In this document: positions 24,590 through 33,018 of the stretch, piece by piece | How the letters are laid out: every line of letters starts with the position of its first letter | How positions within the stretch are numbered: the first letter of the stretch is position 1 | Notes under the pieces: generated by a model | The model's input: only the letters and a program-made list of their open reading frames with translations | Databases searched by the model: none | Told to the model about the DNA's origin: nothing | Assembly (NCBI GenBank): GCA_031264445.1 | Contig: JAISDW010000147.1 | Coordinates: 1 to 59,222, forward strand | Reading direction: 5' to 3' | DNA length: 59,222 nucleotides | Origin: Elusimicrobiota bacterium | GTDB taxonomy: Bacteria > Elusimicrobiota > Elusimicrobia > Elusimicrobiales > Elusimicrobiaceae | Translations under genes and position numbers: made by a program

Positions 24590-25280
24590 TTTCCGGGGGC
24601 GGCTCCTGCGGGGCCGGCGCGGCCGCTTCCGTCTGAGGCGCGGCTGCGGGCGGGGAATATTTGACTGCGCTGTCCGCCATTACGGCGTATTTATTATTGT
24701 TGAGCCATTTGCGGTGCTCTTTATACGCGGGGCAGTACTGCGCGACGGTGGCCCAGTACTCCGCCCCGTGGTTGAAGTGGATTAAATGCGAGAGTTCGTG
24801 CACGATAAGATAATCAATAATAATCCCGGGCATTTTGATTATGCGGTAGGAAAAGTTCAAATTATTCTTCTGGCTGCAGCTGGCCCACATGGTTTTTTGG
24901 TCTTTTATCGTGATATTATTATACTGAACGTTTAATTTTTGCGCCCATTCCTGGATTTTTGGCGGCAGGATTTCGCCCGCCTGCGCGCGCAGCCAGCCTT
25001 CAGCCAATGCGGAGGCGTCGGCGGTTTCGTCCTTAATAGTGATGATGAGGCGGCCGTTTTCAAGCGCGGCCGAAGAGTTTTGCGCGGCGGGATTTAGGAT
25101 GACATCCGTCTCCAGCAAGTCGCCTATATAAAGCGTTTTTCCGTTTGACGCAGCTTGCGCGGCGGCCGAGCCTTCCTGCACGCCGGCGGGCGCGGTGAAG
25201 ACTTCCGGCAAGTCGCTCTTTAACTTTTCTATAAAAAGTTTAACGTCGCTGATGGTGGTTTCAATATCAATTTCTGCCAT
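24582..25280 (-). CDS. YgjP/DUF45-like M48-family metal-dependent hydrolase
   Basis: SCSQKNNLNFSYRIIKMP..YLIVHELSHLIHFNHG (HExxH) is typical of DUF45. Pro/Ala-rich C-tail. Overlaps the amidase start by 8 nt. Confidence 0.7.
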   Translation of the reverse strand: MAEIDIETTISDVKLFIEKLKSDLPEVFTAPAGVQEGSAAAQAASNGKTLYIGDLLETDVILNPAAQNSSAALENGRLIITIKDETADASALAEGWLRAQAGEILPPKIQEWAQKLNVQYNNITIKDQKTMWASCSQKNNLNFSYRIIKMPGIIIDYLIVHELSHLIHFNHGAEYWATVAQYCPAYKEHRKWLNNNKYAVMADSAVKYSPPAAAPQTEAAAPAPQEPPPENA

Positions 25281-25364
25281 AAATATATTCTATAAAAAAA
25301 GCGCGGCGAAGATTATATTGTTTTCTGAATTTTTTAAAGGGAATATCGGACTTTCTTATTTAAT

Positions 25365-25735
25365 CTCCTCCCTTTGGGAGGAGTACCCGAAGGGGGTGGA
25401 GGGGAATGGCTATTGTAGTTGTAAAATAAAATAATGAAAACTTTATTCCCCCCTATGGCCCCGGCTTCGCTACGCTAGGCCGTGACCACTTCCCCCAATG
25501 GGGGCAGAATTAAAAAAACATACGGGACACCCTACCCAATATGAGCAGAATAAAAAGAAAACGGGCGGAGGTTTTATATTCAACCTCGTTCATCCACCCT
25601 CACCCCGGCCCTCTCCCATCATAAAGGGAGAGGGAGAGAAAAAGGTGCCTCTCTCTTGCTTGAGTGACTTTTTTCTGTTCCCCTCTCCCTTTATGATGGG
25701 AGAGGGCGGCAAACGCAGTGAGCGGGTGAGGGTGG
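25365..25735. repeat. Intergenic repeat mosaic locus 5
   Basis: Hairpin CTCCTCCC-TTT-GGGAGGAG 25365-25383, a U3 variant 25448-25513, short U1(+) 25594-25634 and U1(-) 25680-25735. Confidence 0.8.
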
Positions 25736-25802
25736 TTTAACGAGAGTGGAAAAGCGCCTTGCGAACAAAATATCCATTATCTACTGATATCTAACAAATA
25801 CC

Positions 25803-25831
25803 TTGACAGAATAAACTTTAATGGATATACT
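25803..25831 (+). promoter_or_regulatory. Putative promoter of the NYN gene
   Basis: TTGACA-17 nt-TATACT. Confidence 0.55.
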
Positions 25832-25920
25832 ATTAATACATCACAGCTATTGTGTATAGCTTTAGCTGTCCCCCCGGGTTGCGAAAGCGGCGCGGGGATT
25901 TTTATATCGGCGGGCTGCTT

Positions 25921-26553
25921 ATGGCAAATAATAACTCAAAAATCCGCAAGATGTTTTTTGTAGATGGTTTTAATCTCTACCATTCTATAAAAAGAGCGTT
26001 AGAAAAAAATCCCGCATTGCCATGCTGCAAATGGCTTGACCTTGAGAAAATGTGCAAGAGGTTCATAGATACCGCCTATGAAAGTTTTGCCGGAGTAAAA
26101 TACTTTACCGCTTTATCTTGGAAAGTCTCATCTCTCCCGAAGCAGCAGACATACATAAACGCTTTGCAGGCCGGCTCCTCAAATATTGAAATCATTTACG
26201 GAAAATTCAAACTAAAAACGAAGACTTGCCCGCTGTGCCATAAATCCTATGCGGGCCACGAAGAAAAACTGACGGACGTGAATCTGGCGATATCTCTTTT
26301 TGAGAATGCTTTAAAAAACACTTTTGATGAGGCGGTCATTGTTTCTGCCGACAGTGATTTGATACCGCCTATTATGGCTATAAAAAACATTTTCCCGTCA
26401 AAATATATTTCCGTTCTCCCTCCGTTTATGAACTCTGCGCAGGATTTGATTAACCACGCGCATAAAAAGTACAAGATGAAAGAAAACACCCTGACGGGCT
26501 CCCAATTACCTGATATGATTTCGGTTTATCAGAAACCTTCGGATTGGAAATAG
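25921..26553 (+). CDS. NYN-domain (PIN-like) putative ribonuclease
   Basis: MFFVDGFNLYHS near the N-terminus and VIVSADSDLIPPI acidic motif typical of NYN/LabA-like nucleases. Inserted CPLCH segment. ATG at 25921 chosen over the listed GTG-type extension. Confidence 0.8.
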   Translation: MANNNSKIRKMFFVDGFNLYHSIKRALEKNPALPCCKWLDLEKMCKRFIDTAYESFAGVKYFTALSWKVSSLPKQQTYINALQAGSSNIEIIYGKFKLKTKTCPLCHKSYAGHEEKLTDVNLAISLFENALKNTFDEAVIVSADSDLIPPIMAIKNIFPSKYISVLPPFMNSAQDLINHAHKKYKMKENTLTGSQLPDMISVYQKPSDWK

Positions 26554-26601
26554 CAACCTGTAAAACATCAGATAGATATCCTTCTTCTATTCCTCTTTAC
26601 C

Positions 26602-26630
26602 ATAATTCCCCTCCGTTGGAGGGGAATTAT
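26602..26630. repeat. Perfect 13-bp palindrome related to the CCCCTCCATTGGAGGGGAATTAAG part of unit U3
   Basis: ATAATTCCCCTCC-GTT-GGAGGGGAATTAT, 49 nt after the NYN stop. Confidence 0.6.
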
Positions 26631-26674
26631 GGGTGAGGAGGATGTAAATAACAGTTCACTGTCTAATAAAATAC

Positions 26675-26704
26675 TTTACAATTTAATGTCTTATATATTA
26701 TACT
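26675..26704 (+). promoter_or_regulatory. Putative promoter of the autotransporter gene
   Basis: TTTACA-18 nt-TATACT in an AT-rich leader. Confidence 0.4.
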
Positions 26705-26801
26705 AAAGGTAGTGAGTTAAGTTATATATAGAATATAGAGATGTATATAATAATTTTAAGCTAAAGGAATGATGTCCCAAGCGCGGGGTAAGGAGGATAA
26801 T

Positions 26802-29800
26802 ATGTCAGGCAAACCGGAATACGGGGACTTTTTTATATCCGAGCTGGAAAAGCAATACTGCCAAAGCCGCGCCGCGGTGACAAGCGAAATATATGCATCC
26901 GATTTTAATGTTTTCAGTTCAGAAAGCGGCAGCAGCAGCCATAGCAGGACTGCAAAGATAATTAACGGCGGCCGTAAAGTATTATATACGGCGATAACGG
27001 CCGCGATATTAAATGCGAATATTCAGCAAACGGCGCAGGCCGCCTATACCGAGCTAGTAAATGGAATATATGTATCAGGAGAGGTGGTAGACGGAAGTCT
27101 CGGAGATCAAGTGGTCATTAACTACGGCAATACTGCCTCGAATGTAATCAACAACAGCGGCAGGCAACGTCTTTACACCCACGGCACAGCCTTCAGAACT
27201 TTTATCAGCTCCGGCGGCTCGCAAATTATCTCCAACGGCGGCACGGCCAACTGGACTGAAATTTCCACCGGAGGGAATCAATATGTCTCCGGCACAGCCG
27301 GCAACACCACAATCAGCAACGGCGGCTCTCAAACTGTCTACACCGGCGGTTGGGCCAATATCACCACAATCAGCTCCGGCGGCTCGCAAATTATCTCCAA
27401 CGGCGGCACAGCCAACAGCACCACAATCAGCTTCGGCGGCTCGCAAATTATCTCCAACGGCGGCACAGCCAGCGGGACTGTAATCCACTCCAGAGGACGC
27501 CAACATATCTCCACCGGCGGCACGGCCAATAGCACAATAATCAGCTCCGGCGGCAGGCAATTTGTCTCCGCCGGCGGCATGGCCAACAGTACAACCATAA
27601 TAAACGACGGAGATCAAATTGTTTCCGACGGCGGCATGGCCATCAGTACTGTAATCAGCAATGGCGGCAGGCAATACGTCTTCAACACCGGCTCGGCCAA
27701 CAGTACTGTAATCAGCGGCGGGAGCCAAACTGTCTACACCGGCGGCACGGCCGACCGGACTGAAATCTCCGCCGGAGGAAAGCAATATGTCTCCGGCACA
27801 GCCAACAGCACCACAATCAGCAACGGCGGCAGTCAACATATCTCCACCGGCGGCACAGCCAACAGCACCACAATCAGCACCGGCGGCTCTCAAACTGTCT
27901 ACACCGGCGGCACGGCCAACAGCACTACAATCAACTCCGGCGGCAGGCAAGATGTCTCCAACGGCGGCACGGCTTACAGAACCACAATCAGATCCGACGG
28001 GAGTCAATCTATCTCCGGCACGGCCTACGATACTACAATCAGCTCCGGCGGAAGGCAGATAGTTTATTCCGACGGCACGGCATATGATACCATAGTCGAC
28101 TCATACGGCAGGCAAGATGTCAAGAACGGGGGTATAGCCGACGGTACTATAATCAACTCCAGAGGAAGCCAATATATCTCCAACCTCGGTACGGCCAACT
28201 TGACCACAATCAGCACCGGCGGCAGGCAATATGTTGAATACCAAGGCACGGCCAGCAACACCACAATCAATTACAACGGGTTTCAAGAGATATACGACGG
28301 CACGGCCTACGATACTACAATCAGCTCCGGCGGCTTCCAAACTATCTTCACCGGCCAGGCCTACAGTACTTTCATCAGCTACGGCGGCAGGCAAGAGGTA
28401 TCCGGCGGTACGGCCAACAGTACTTTTATCAGCTCAGGCGGCTGGCAAACTGTCTTCACCGGCGGCGGGGCCACCGAGACTTTTATCAGCTCCGGCGGTT
28501 GGCAAAATGTCTCCGGCGGCGGCTCGACTTTCCATACTTACATCAGTTCCGGCGGCTCGCAGTATGTATACAGCGGCGGCTCGGCTTCACGTACTTACGT
28601 CAACTCCGGCGGCACCCAACGCGTCTACGACGGGGGCAGCTCCTTATATATGACGCAGCGCGCCGGCGGTAATATAAATACTGATGTGGGAACCGCAGGC
28701 AATTTGAACTTAACTTATGTCAGCGGAACAAATGCCTCGGGCCAGACTGTAAGTTTATATCAAGGAAAAGCAGACAACTTTATTTTATACAATGGCGGTA
28801 TGCAAAATATCTACAACGGCGGGTTGGCGAATAATACGGAAATAAACTCCGGCGGCACCCAACGCGTCCACGCCGGCGGCAAAGCCAGCAATACCACAAT
28901 CAACTCCAAAGGGTATCAAAGCGTCGACGGCGGTACAGCCAGCTATACCGACATAAACCCCGGCGGGAGCCAATATGTCTACAACAACGGTACGGCCGAC
29001 AATACTTCCATCAGCTCCGACGGGCATCAAGAGGTCGGCAACCTCGGTAAAGCCGATATTACCACAATCAGCGCCGGCGGTTTACAAACTGTCTCAAACG
29101 GCGGCACGGCCATATTTACCTCAGTCAGCTCCGGAGGCGTCCAACGCGTCTCCGCCGGCGGCAGTTCCTTGAATGTGACGCAGCTCGTCGGCGGTAATAT
29201 AAATACTTCCGTAGGAACAGGAACAGCAGGCGATTTGAACTTAACTTATGTCAGCGGAACAAATGCCTCGGGCCAGACTGTAAGTTTATATCAAGGAAAA
29301 GCAGACAACTTTATTTTATACAATGGCGGCATGCAAAATGTCTACAACGGCGGGTTGGCGAATAATACCGAAGTAAACTCCGGCGGGAGCCAATATATCG
29401 ATGAAGGAGGCATGGCCAGCAGTACCACAATCAACTCCAAAGGGTATCAAAGCGTCAGCAGCGGTACGGCCAGCTATACCGACATAAACTCCGGCGGGAG
29501 CCAATATGTCTACAACAACGGTACGGCCGACAATACTTCCATCAGCTCCGACGGGCATCAAGAGGTCGGCAACCTCGGCAAAGCCGATATTACCACAATC
29601 AGCAACGGCGGCAGCCAAACTATCAGCAACGGCGGCACAGCCAACTTGACAACAATCAACTCCGACGGTTTACAAACTGTCTCCAACGGCGGCACGGCCA
29701 TAAGTACTTTCATCAACTCCGGCGGAAACCAAACTGTCTACATCGGCCTGGCCAACAGTACCGTAATCAGCTCAGGCGGGAATCAATATGTATCCAGCGG

Positions 29801-31835
29801 AGGCTTGGCCACTTTTACTGAAATCAACTCAGGCGGGAATCAAAATGTCTACGACGGGGGCAGCTCCTTGGATGTGACGCAGTTCGCCGGCGGCAATATA
29901 AATACTGATGTGGGAACAACAGGCGATTTGAACTCAAATCATGTCAGCGGAACAAATGCCTCGGGCCAGACTGTAAGTTTATATCAAGGAAAAGCAGACA
30001 ACTTTATTTTATACAATGGCGGCATGCAAAATGTCTCCAACGGCGGGTTGGCGAATAATACGGAAGTAAACTCCGGCGGGATACAAAATATCCAGATTAA
30101 CGGCACGGCTAACTTGACTGAAATCAACTCCGGCGGCAGGCAGACAATTTTTTACGGTACAGCCAACAACACCACTATCAGTTCCGGCGGCAGCCAGACA
30201 GTTTATTACGGCGGCACGGCTAATATTACCACAATCAACTCCGACGGCGCGCAAATTGTCTCCAACGGCGGCAGCGCATTAGATACGGTAAACAGCGGCG
30301 GTACGGTATATTTGAATCAGGGTGGCATAATAAATAATTATACCGGAGAGAGCGGAATACTGGAAGTTCATGCCAATAATATAAACCCCGTATTAGGCGG
30401 GCAAACAGTGTTAGACCAGGGGGCCGCGATAAATCTTAACTATAACGGGACATATCATACTTTAGGTATAGATGGCATGAGCGGAGCAGGCGGCGTAATA
30501 AATATGAACGTGAATATGGAAACGGAGACGGGAGATAAGATAGAGATAAGCGGAACACATAAAGATAGCACATTGATATCGTTAAATAATACGGCTACCT
30601 CGGCCGTGAAAACTACGGGAAGCGGGATAAAGCTCGTAGAGTTTACCGCCAACGCGACGGAGAGCGGGAGCTTTGATTTATTGGGCGGACAATGGGACGA
30701 CGGCAGTTATGTTTATAAACTGTTCCAAGAATCCGGCACTGATATAACCTACTACCTGCGCAGTACTATGGAATACAGCGACCTGTTTAAAACCATGTTG
30801 AATATCCCCATGCTTAACAGCGTAATGGCGCGAAGCGGGATGAACTCGCTTCAAAAAAGGATGGGGGATTTAAGGAATATGAATAACCCTGCCAATACGC
30901 AGGGGGTATGGGCAAGGACTTATTATAAGGATTTGATAGTGTCGGATATGATAGACACGGATATGTCTTTATCCGGAGTGGAGGCGGGATATGATTATAT
31001 GTTTATCCCCGAAGGGCCCAATAAGGTATTTGCCGGCTTTATGGTGGGCTATCTGAAGACAAACCGCATAAAAACGCAAACCTTCAACAACAGTTACAGC
31101 AGCGGGGAAGGAGACGCGCCGAGCATTGGCGTATACGCCACCGTGCTGACCGACGACGACTGGTTTCTGGATATAGCCGCGAGGAACTTCTGGACAAAAC
31201 TTGATATGACGAATTACGCGGCCGGCGGAACCGAATTAAAGTTTAGACCGGAGCGAAATATAACCGCGCTGAGTATAGAGGTGGGCAGGGAGATAAAAAG
31301 GCAGATAAGCAGAGGAGGCTTTATCAGGATAGAGCCAAAGGCCGAGGTAGAATATATGCGGGCCGGGCCGAACGATATAGAAGTGGTGAACGGTATCGGG
31401 AAATTAAGTTATGAAGCGGCGGATTATATATCGACGAAAGCGGCGGTGCTGGTAGGGCTTAAACAAGAAATAGTCAACGGGTTTTTAATAGAACCTTTGG
31501 CGGAACTGGCGTACAGGTATGAGTTAAACGGCAAAGGAGCCGTAAGATACGCGGGAGCTGAAAAAAAGAGCAGTTTAAAGGGCGGAAGCATAGAGGCGGC
31601 CGCGGGAATAAATATGCATATTACGAAGGACTTATATTGGTACGGGCTGGGGACATATGAGGCGGGAAGGAAAATAAGCGGGTGGGGATTAAACGCGGGA
31701 ATGAGGTTTAATTTTGGCGGCGGTGATAGCGGCGTTGATAAAGGCCGTGGGGGCGGCGGTAGTGGCAGCAGTAGCGGTGGCGGGGGCGGCAACGGCGGCA
31801 ATGGTGGTGTCAAGAAGGAAAAAGGATGGTGGTAA
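26802..31835 (+). CDS. Giant AIDA/SAAT-like autotransporter adhesin (repeat passenger + C-terminal beta-barrel)
   Basis: TAAGGAGG SD 5 nt before ATG 26802. More than 100 copies of a 19-aa period GGxQxVxxGGTAxxTxIxS. Junction motif LQKRMGDLR..GVWAR starts the barrel region near 30838, which ends at 31715 with AGMRFNF. Confidence 0.85.
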   Translation: MSGKPEYGDFFISELEKQYCQSRAAVTSEIYASDFNVFSSESGSSSHSRTAKIINGGRKVLYTAITAAILNANIQQTAQAAYTELVNGIYVSGEVVDGSLGDQVVINYGNTASNVINNSGRQRLYTHGTAFRTFISSGGSQIISNGGTANWTEISTGGNQYVSGTAGNTTISNGGSQTVYTGGWANITTISSGGSQIISNGGTANSTTISFGGSQIISNGGTASGTVIHSRGRQHISTGGTANSTIISSGGRQFVSAGGMANSTTIINDGDQIVSDGGMAISTVISNGGRQYVFNTGSANSTVISGGSQTVYTGGTADRTEISAGGKQYVSGTANSTTISNGGSQHISTGGTANSTTISTGGSQTVYTGGTANSTTINSGGRQDVSNGGTAYRTTIRSDGSQSISGTAYDTTISSGGRQIVYSDGTAYDTIVDSYGRQDVKNGGIADGTIINSRGSQYISNLGTANLTTISTGGRQYVEYQGTASNTTINYNGFQEIYDGTAYDTTISSGGFQTIFTGQAYSTFISYGGRQEVSGGTANSTFISSGGWQTVFTGGGATETFISSGGWQNVSGGGSTFHTYISSGGSQYVYSGGSASRTYVNSGGTQRVYDGGSSLYMTQRAGGNINTDVGTAGNLNLTYVSGTNASGQTVSLYQGKADNFILYNGGMQNIYNGGLANNTEINSGGTQRVHAGGKASNTTINSKGYQSVDGGTASYTDINPGGSQYVYNNGTADNTSISSDGHQEVGNLGKADITTISAGGLQTVSNGGTAIFTSVSSGGVQRVSAGGSSLNVTQLVGGNINTSVGTGTAGDLNLTYVSGTNASGQTVSLYQGKADNFILYNGGMQNVYNGGLANNTEVNSGGSQYIDEGGMASSTTINSKGYQSVSSGTASYTDINSGGSQYVYNNGTADNTSISSDGHQEVGNLGKADITTISNGGSQTISNGGTANLTTINSDGLQTVSNGGTAISTFINSGGNQTVYIGLANSTVISSGGNQYVSSGGLATFTEINSGGNQNVYDGGSSLDVTQFAGGNINTDVGTTGDLNSNHVSGTNASGQTVSLYQGKADNFILYNGGMQNVSNGGLANNTEVNSGGIQNIQINGTANLTEINSGGRQTIFYGTANNTTISSGGSQTVYYGGTANITTINSDGAQIVSNGGSALDTVNSGGTVYLNQGGIINNYTGESGILEVHANNINPVLGGQTVLDQGAAINLNYNGTYHTLGIDGMSGAGGVINMNVNMETETGDKIEISGTHKDSTLISLNNTATSAVKTTGSGIKLVEFTANATESGSFDLLGGQWDDGSYVYKLFQESGTDITYYLRSTMEYSDLFKTMLNIPMLNSVMARSGMNSLQKRMGDLRNMNNPANTQGVWARTYYKDLIVSDMIDTDMSLSGVEAGYDYMFIPEGPNKVFAGFMVGYLKTNRIKTQTFNNSYSSGEGDAPSIGVYATVLTDDDWFLDIAARNFWTKLDMTNYAAGGTELKFRPERNITALSIEVGREIKRQISRGGFIRIEPKAEVEYMRAGPNDIEVVNGIGKLSYEAADYISTKAAVLVGLKQEIVNGFLIEPLAELAYRYELNGKGAVRYAGAEKKSSLKGGSIEAAAGINMHITKDLYWYGLGTYEAGRKISGWGLNAGMRFNFGGGDSGVDKGRGGGGSGSSSGGGGGNGGNGGVKKEKGWW
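28662..29072 (+). repeat. Long intragenic repeat copy A
   Basis: Near-identical by eye to 29187-29603, apart from a divergent patch of about 40 nt and scattered substitutions. Confidence 0.85.
29187..29603 (+). repeat. Long intragenic repeat copy B
   Basis: See copy A. Encodes GGNINT..LNLTYVSGTNASGQTVSLYQGKADNFILYNGGMQN...SDGHQEVGNLGKADITTIS. Confidence 0.85.
29886..30080 (+). repeat. Long intragenic repeat copy C (first half only)
   Basis: Matches the first ~195 nt of copies A and B. Confidence 0.8.
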
Positions 31836-31913
31836 AAAATAAAAATGGCGGCGCGGCGGCGGCGTAAAAAAGTAGAAAAAATTGGTGCCGCAAAATCCGC
31901 GTCTGTGTGCAAT

Positions 31914-32279
31914 AATTTCCTCGCCCCGTGGGTAGAGGAAGCGAGCATCGCGAGCAGGTGAGTGAGTATTTTTTATTCGCTTATGTTAAAACCTTTTTAG
32001 CTTAGTTTAGCAATCTACAATCGTCCCTTCATTCTTCCATCATCAATCCACCTTCTACCTTACTTCATCCACCCTCACCCGCTCACTGCGTTCGCCGCCC
32101 TCTCCCATCATAAAGGGAGAGGGGGATAAAAAAGTGACCGCGCCCAAACCCCCACCTTGCCCTCCCTTGCAAGCGGGAGAGGGAGCTCAATATTAAGCTA
32201 AATAACACTATTTAAGTTAGAAGAGTATTTAAAGTCCATTCCCCTCTCCCTTGACGGGAGAGGGTTAGGGTGAGGGTGG
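31914..32279. repeat. Intergenic repeat mosaic locus 6
   Basis: U5(-) 31914-31967, U1(+) 32069-32123, U2 32149-32183, a diverged spacer module 32186-32240 and short U1(-) 32241-32279. The last ends 3 nt before the DUF559 ATG. Confidence 0.85.
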
Positions 32280-32282
32280 AAA

Positions 32283-32711
32283 ATGCTGCATAAACCAAAA
32301 AACAGAAGCTTAGTCCCCCTGTCTAAAACAAACAGAAAAAACATGACAGATGCCGAAAGAAAACTCTGGTATTTACTGCGCGGCAGACGTCTGAAATATA
32401 AATTCCGCCGGCAGCAGCAAATAGGCCGCTATATTTTAGATTTTGTATGCCTTGAACAAAAACTCATAATAGAATGCGACGGCGGGCAGCATACGCCGGA
32501 AAAAGACAAAACGCGCACGGATTTTTTTACAGCCCGAGGTTATAGAATATTAAGATTTTGGAATAATGATATATTAAATAATATTGAGGGCGTTTGGTAT
32601 ACGATCAGGCAGCAATTAGATAAGACTAATCCACCCTCACCCCGGCCCTCTCCCATCATGAAGGGAGAGGGAGAAAAAAATGGAGGCCTATCCCATGCGG
32701 GGAGAGGATGA
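32283..32711 (+). CDS. DUF559 endonuclease-domain protein (Vsr-like / restriction-endonuclease-like fold)
   Basis: ERKLWYLLRGRRLKYKFRRQQQIGRYILDFVC..LIIECDGGQH..RGYRILRFWNNDIL matches the DUF559 consensus. The last ~27 codons (NPPSPRPSPIMKGEGE...) are read from the downstream repeat. Confidence 0.85.
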   Translation: MLHKPKNRSLVPLSKTNRKNMTDAERKLWYLLRGRRLKYKFRRQQQIGRYILDFVCLEQKLIIECDGGQHTPEKDKTRTDFFTARGYRILRFWNNDILNNIEGVWYTIRQQLDKTNPPSPRPSPIMKGEGEKNGGLSHAGRG

Positions 32712-32895
32712 TAAAAAAAGAAATCTCCCGGACCCCCACCCGGCCCTCCCTTGCAAGCGGGAGAGGGAGATAAAAAAAGGCCTCTCCCGAAACCTCTCCC
32801 GTTCCGCTCTTAACCACCCCGTCCCCGCCTTCGCTGCGCCCGTCTTCGCTTCGCTACGCCGTGGCCACTTCCCCCAATGGGGGCAGAATTAAAAA
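32631..32895. repeat. Intergenic repeat mosaic locus 7
   Basis: Short U1(+) 32631-32671, U2 32733-32767 and a U3 variant 32814-32895. Confidence 0.8.
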
Positions 32896-32972
32896 GAAGA
32901 CACGCACTTCCCAGGGGCAGAAGTAAAAAAATATGCGGGCCGCTCCGCTCAATGAGGGGTAATTAAAGCGAC

Positions 32973-33005
32973 AAAGCCCCGCCAAAAGCGGGGCTTTATT
33001 ATTTA
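32973..33005. terminator. Bidirectional terminator hairpin between the DUF559 region and rng
   Basis: AAAGCCCCGC-CAAAA-GCGGGGCTTT followed by TTATTATTT. Confidence 0.65.
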
Positions 33006-33018
33006 CTTCAATATTTTT

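Larger units (their letters stand above)
27081..30300 (+). repeat. Tandem ~57-nt (19-codon) coding repeats of the passenger domain
   Basis: Recurrent ...TCCGGCGGC.CGCAAA.T.TC.ACCGGCGGCACGGCCAACAGCACCACAATCAGC... Responsible for the long shadow ORFs on the minus strand. Confidence 0.85.

Noticed and set aside
27075-30254. Long minus-strand and alternative-frame ORFs inside the autotransporter gene (e.g. 27075-28007, 28101-28394, 28231-28653, 29316-29618)
   Set aside because: They are shadow ORFs created by the periodic, stop-poor 57-nt coding repeat. Their products are low-complexity Ala/Gly/Pro strings with no start-site signals, whereas the plus-strand frame has SD, passenger and barrel logic.
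27081-30300. Diversity-generating retroelement or template/variable repeat pair in the adhesin
   Set aside because: No reverse transcriptase gene is present, and differences between repeat copies are not adenine-specific.
31424-31948. 174-aa minus-strand ORF with a poly-Pro tract
   Set aside because: It is antisense to the barrel end and the Gly-rich tail of the autotransporter (GGN codons read as Pro). No independent support.
20800-33010. Prophage, integrative element or IS-bounded island covering the accessory region
   Set aside because: No integrase, transposase, phage structural or conjugation genes are present, and no tRNA-adjacent att-like direct repeats were found. The accessory genes are individually interspersed with core-like genes (amidase).
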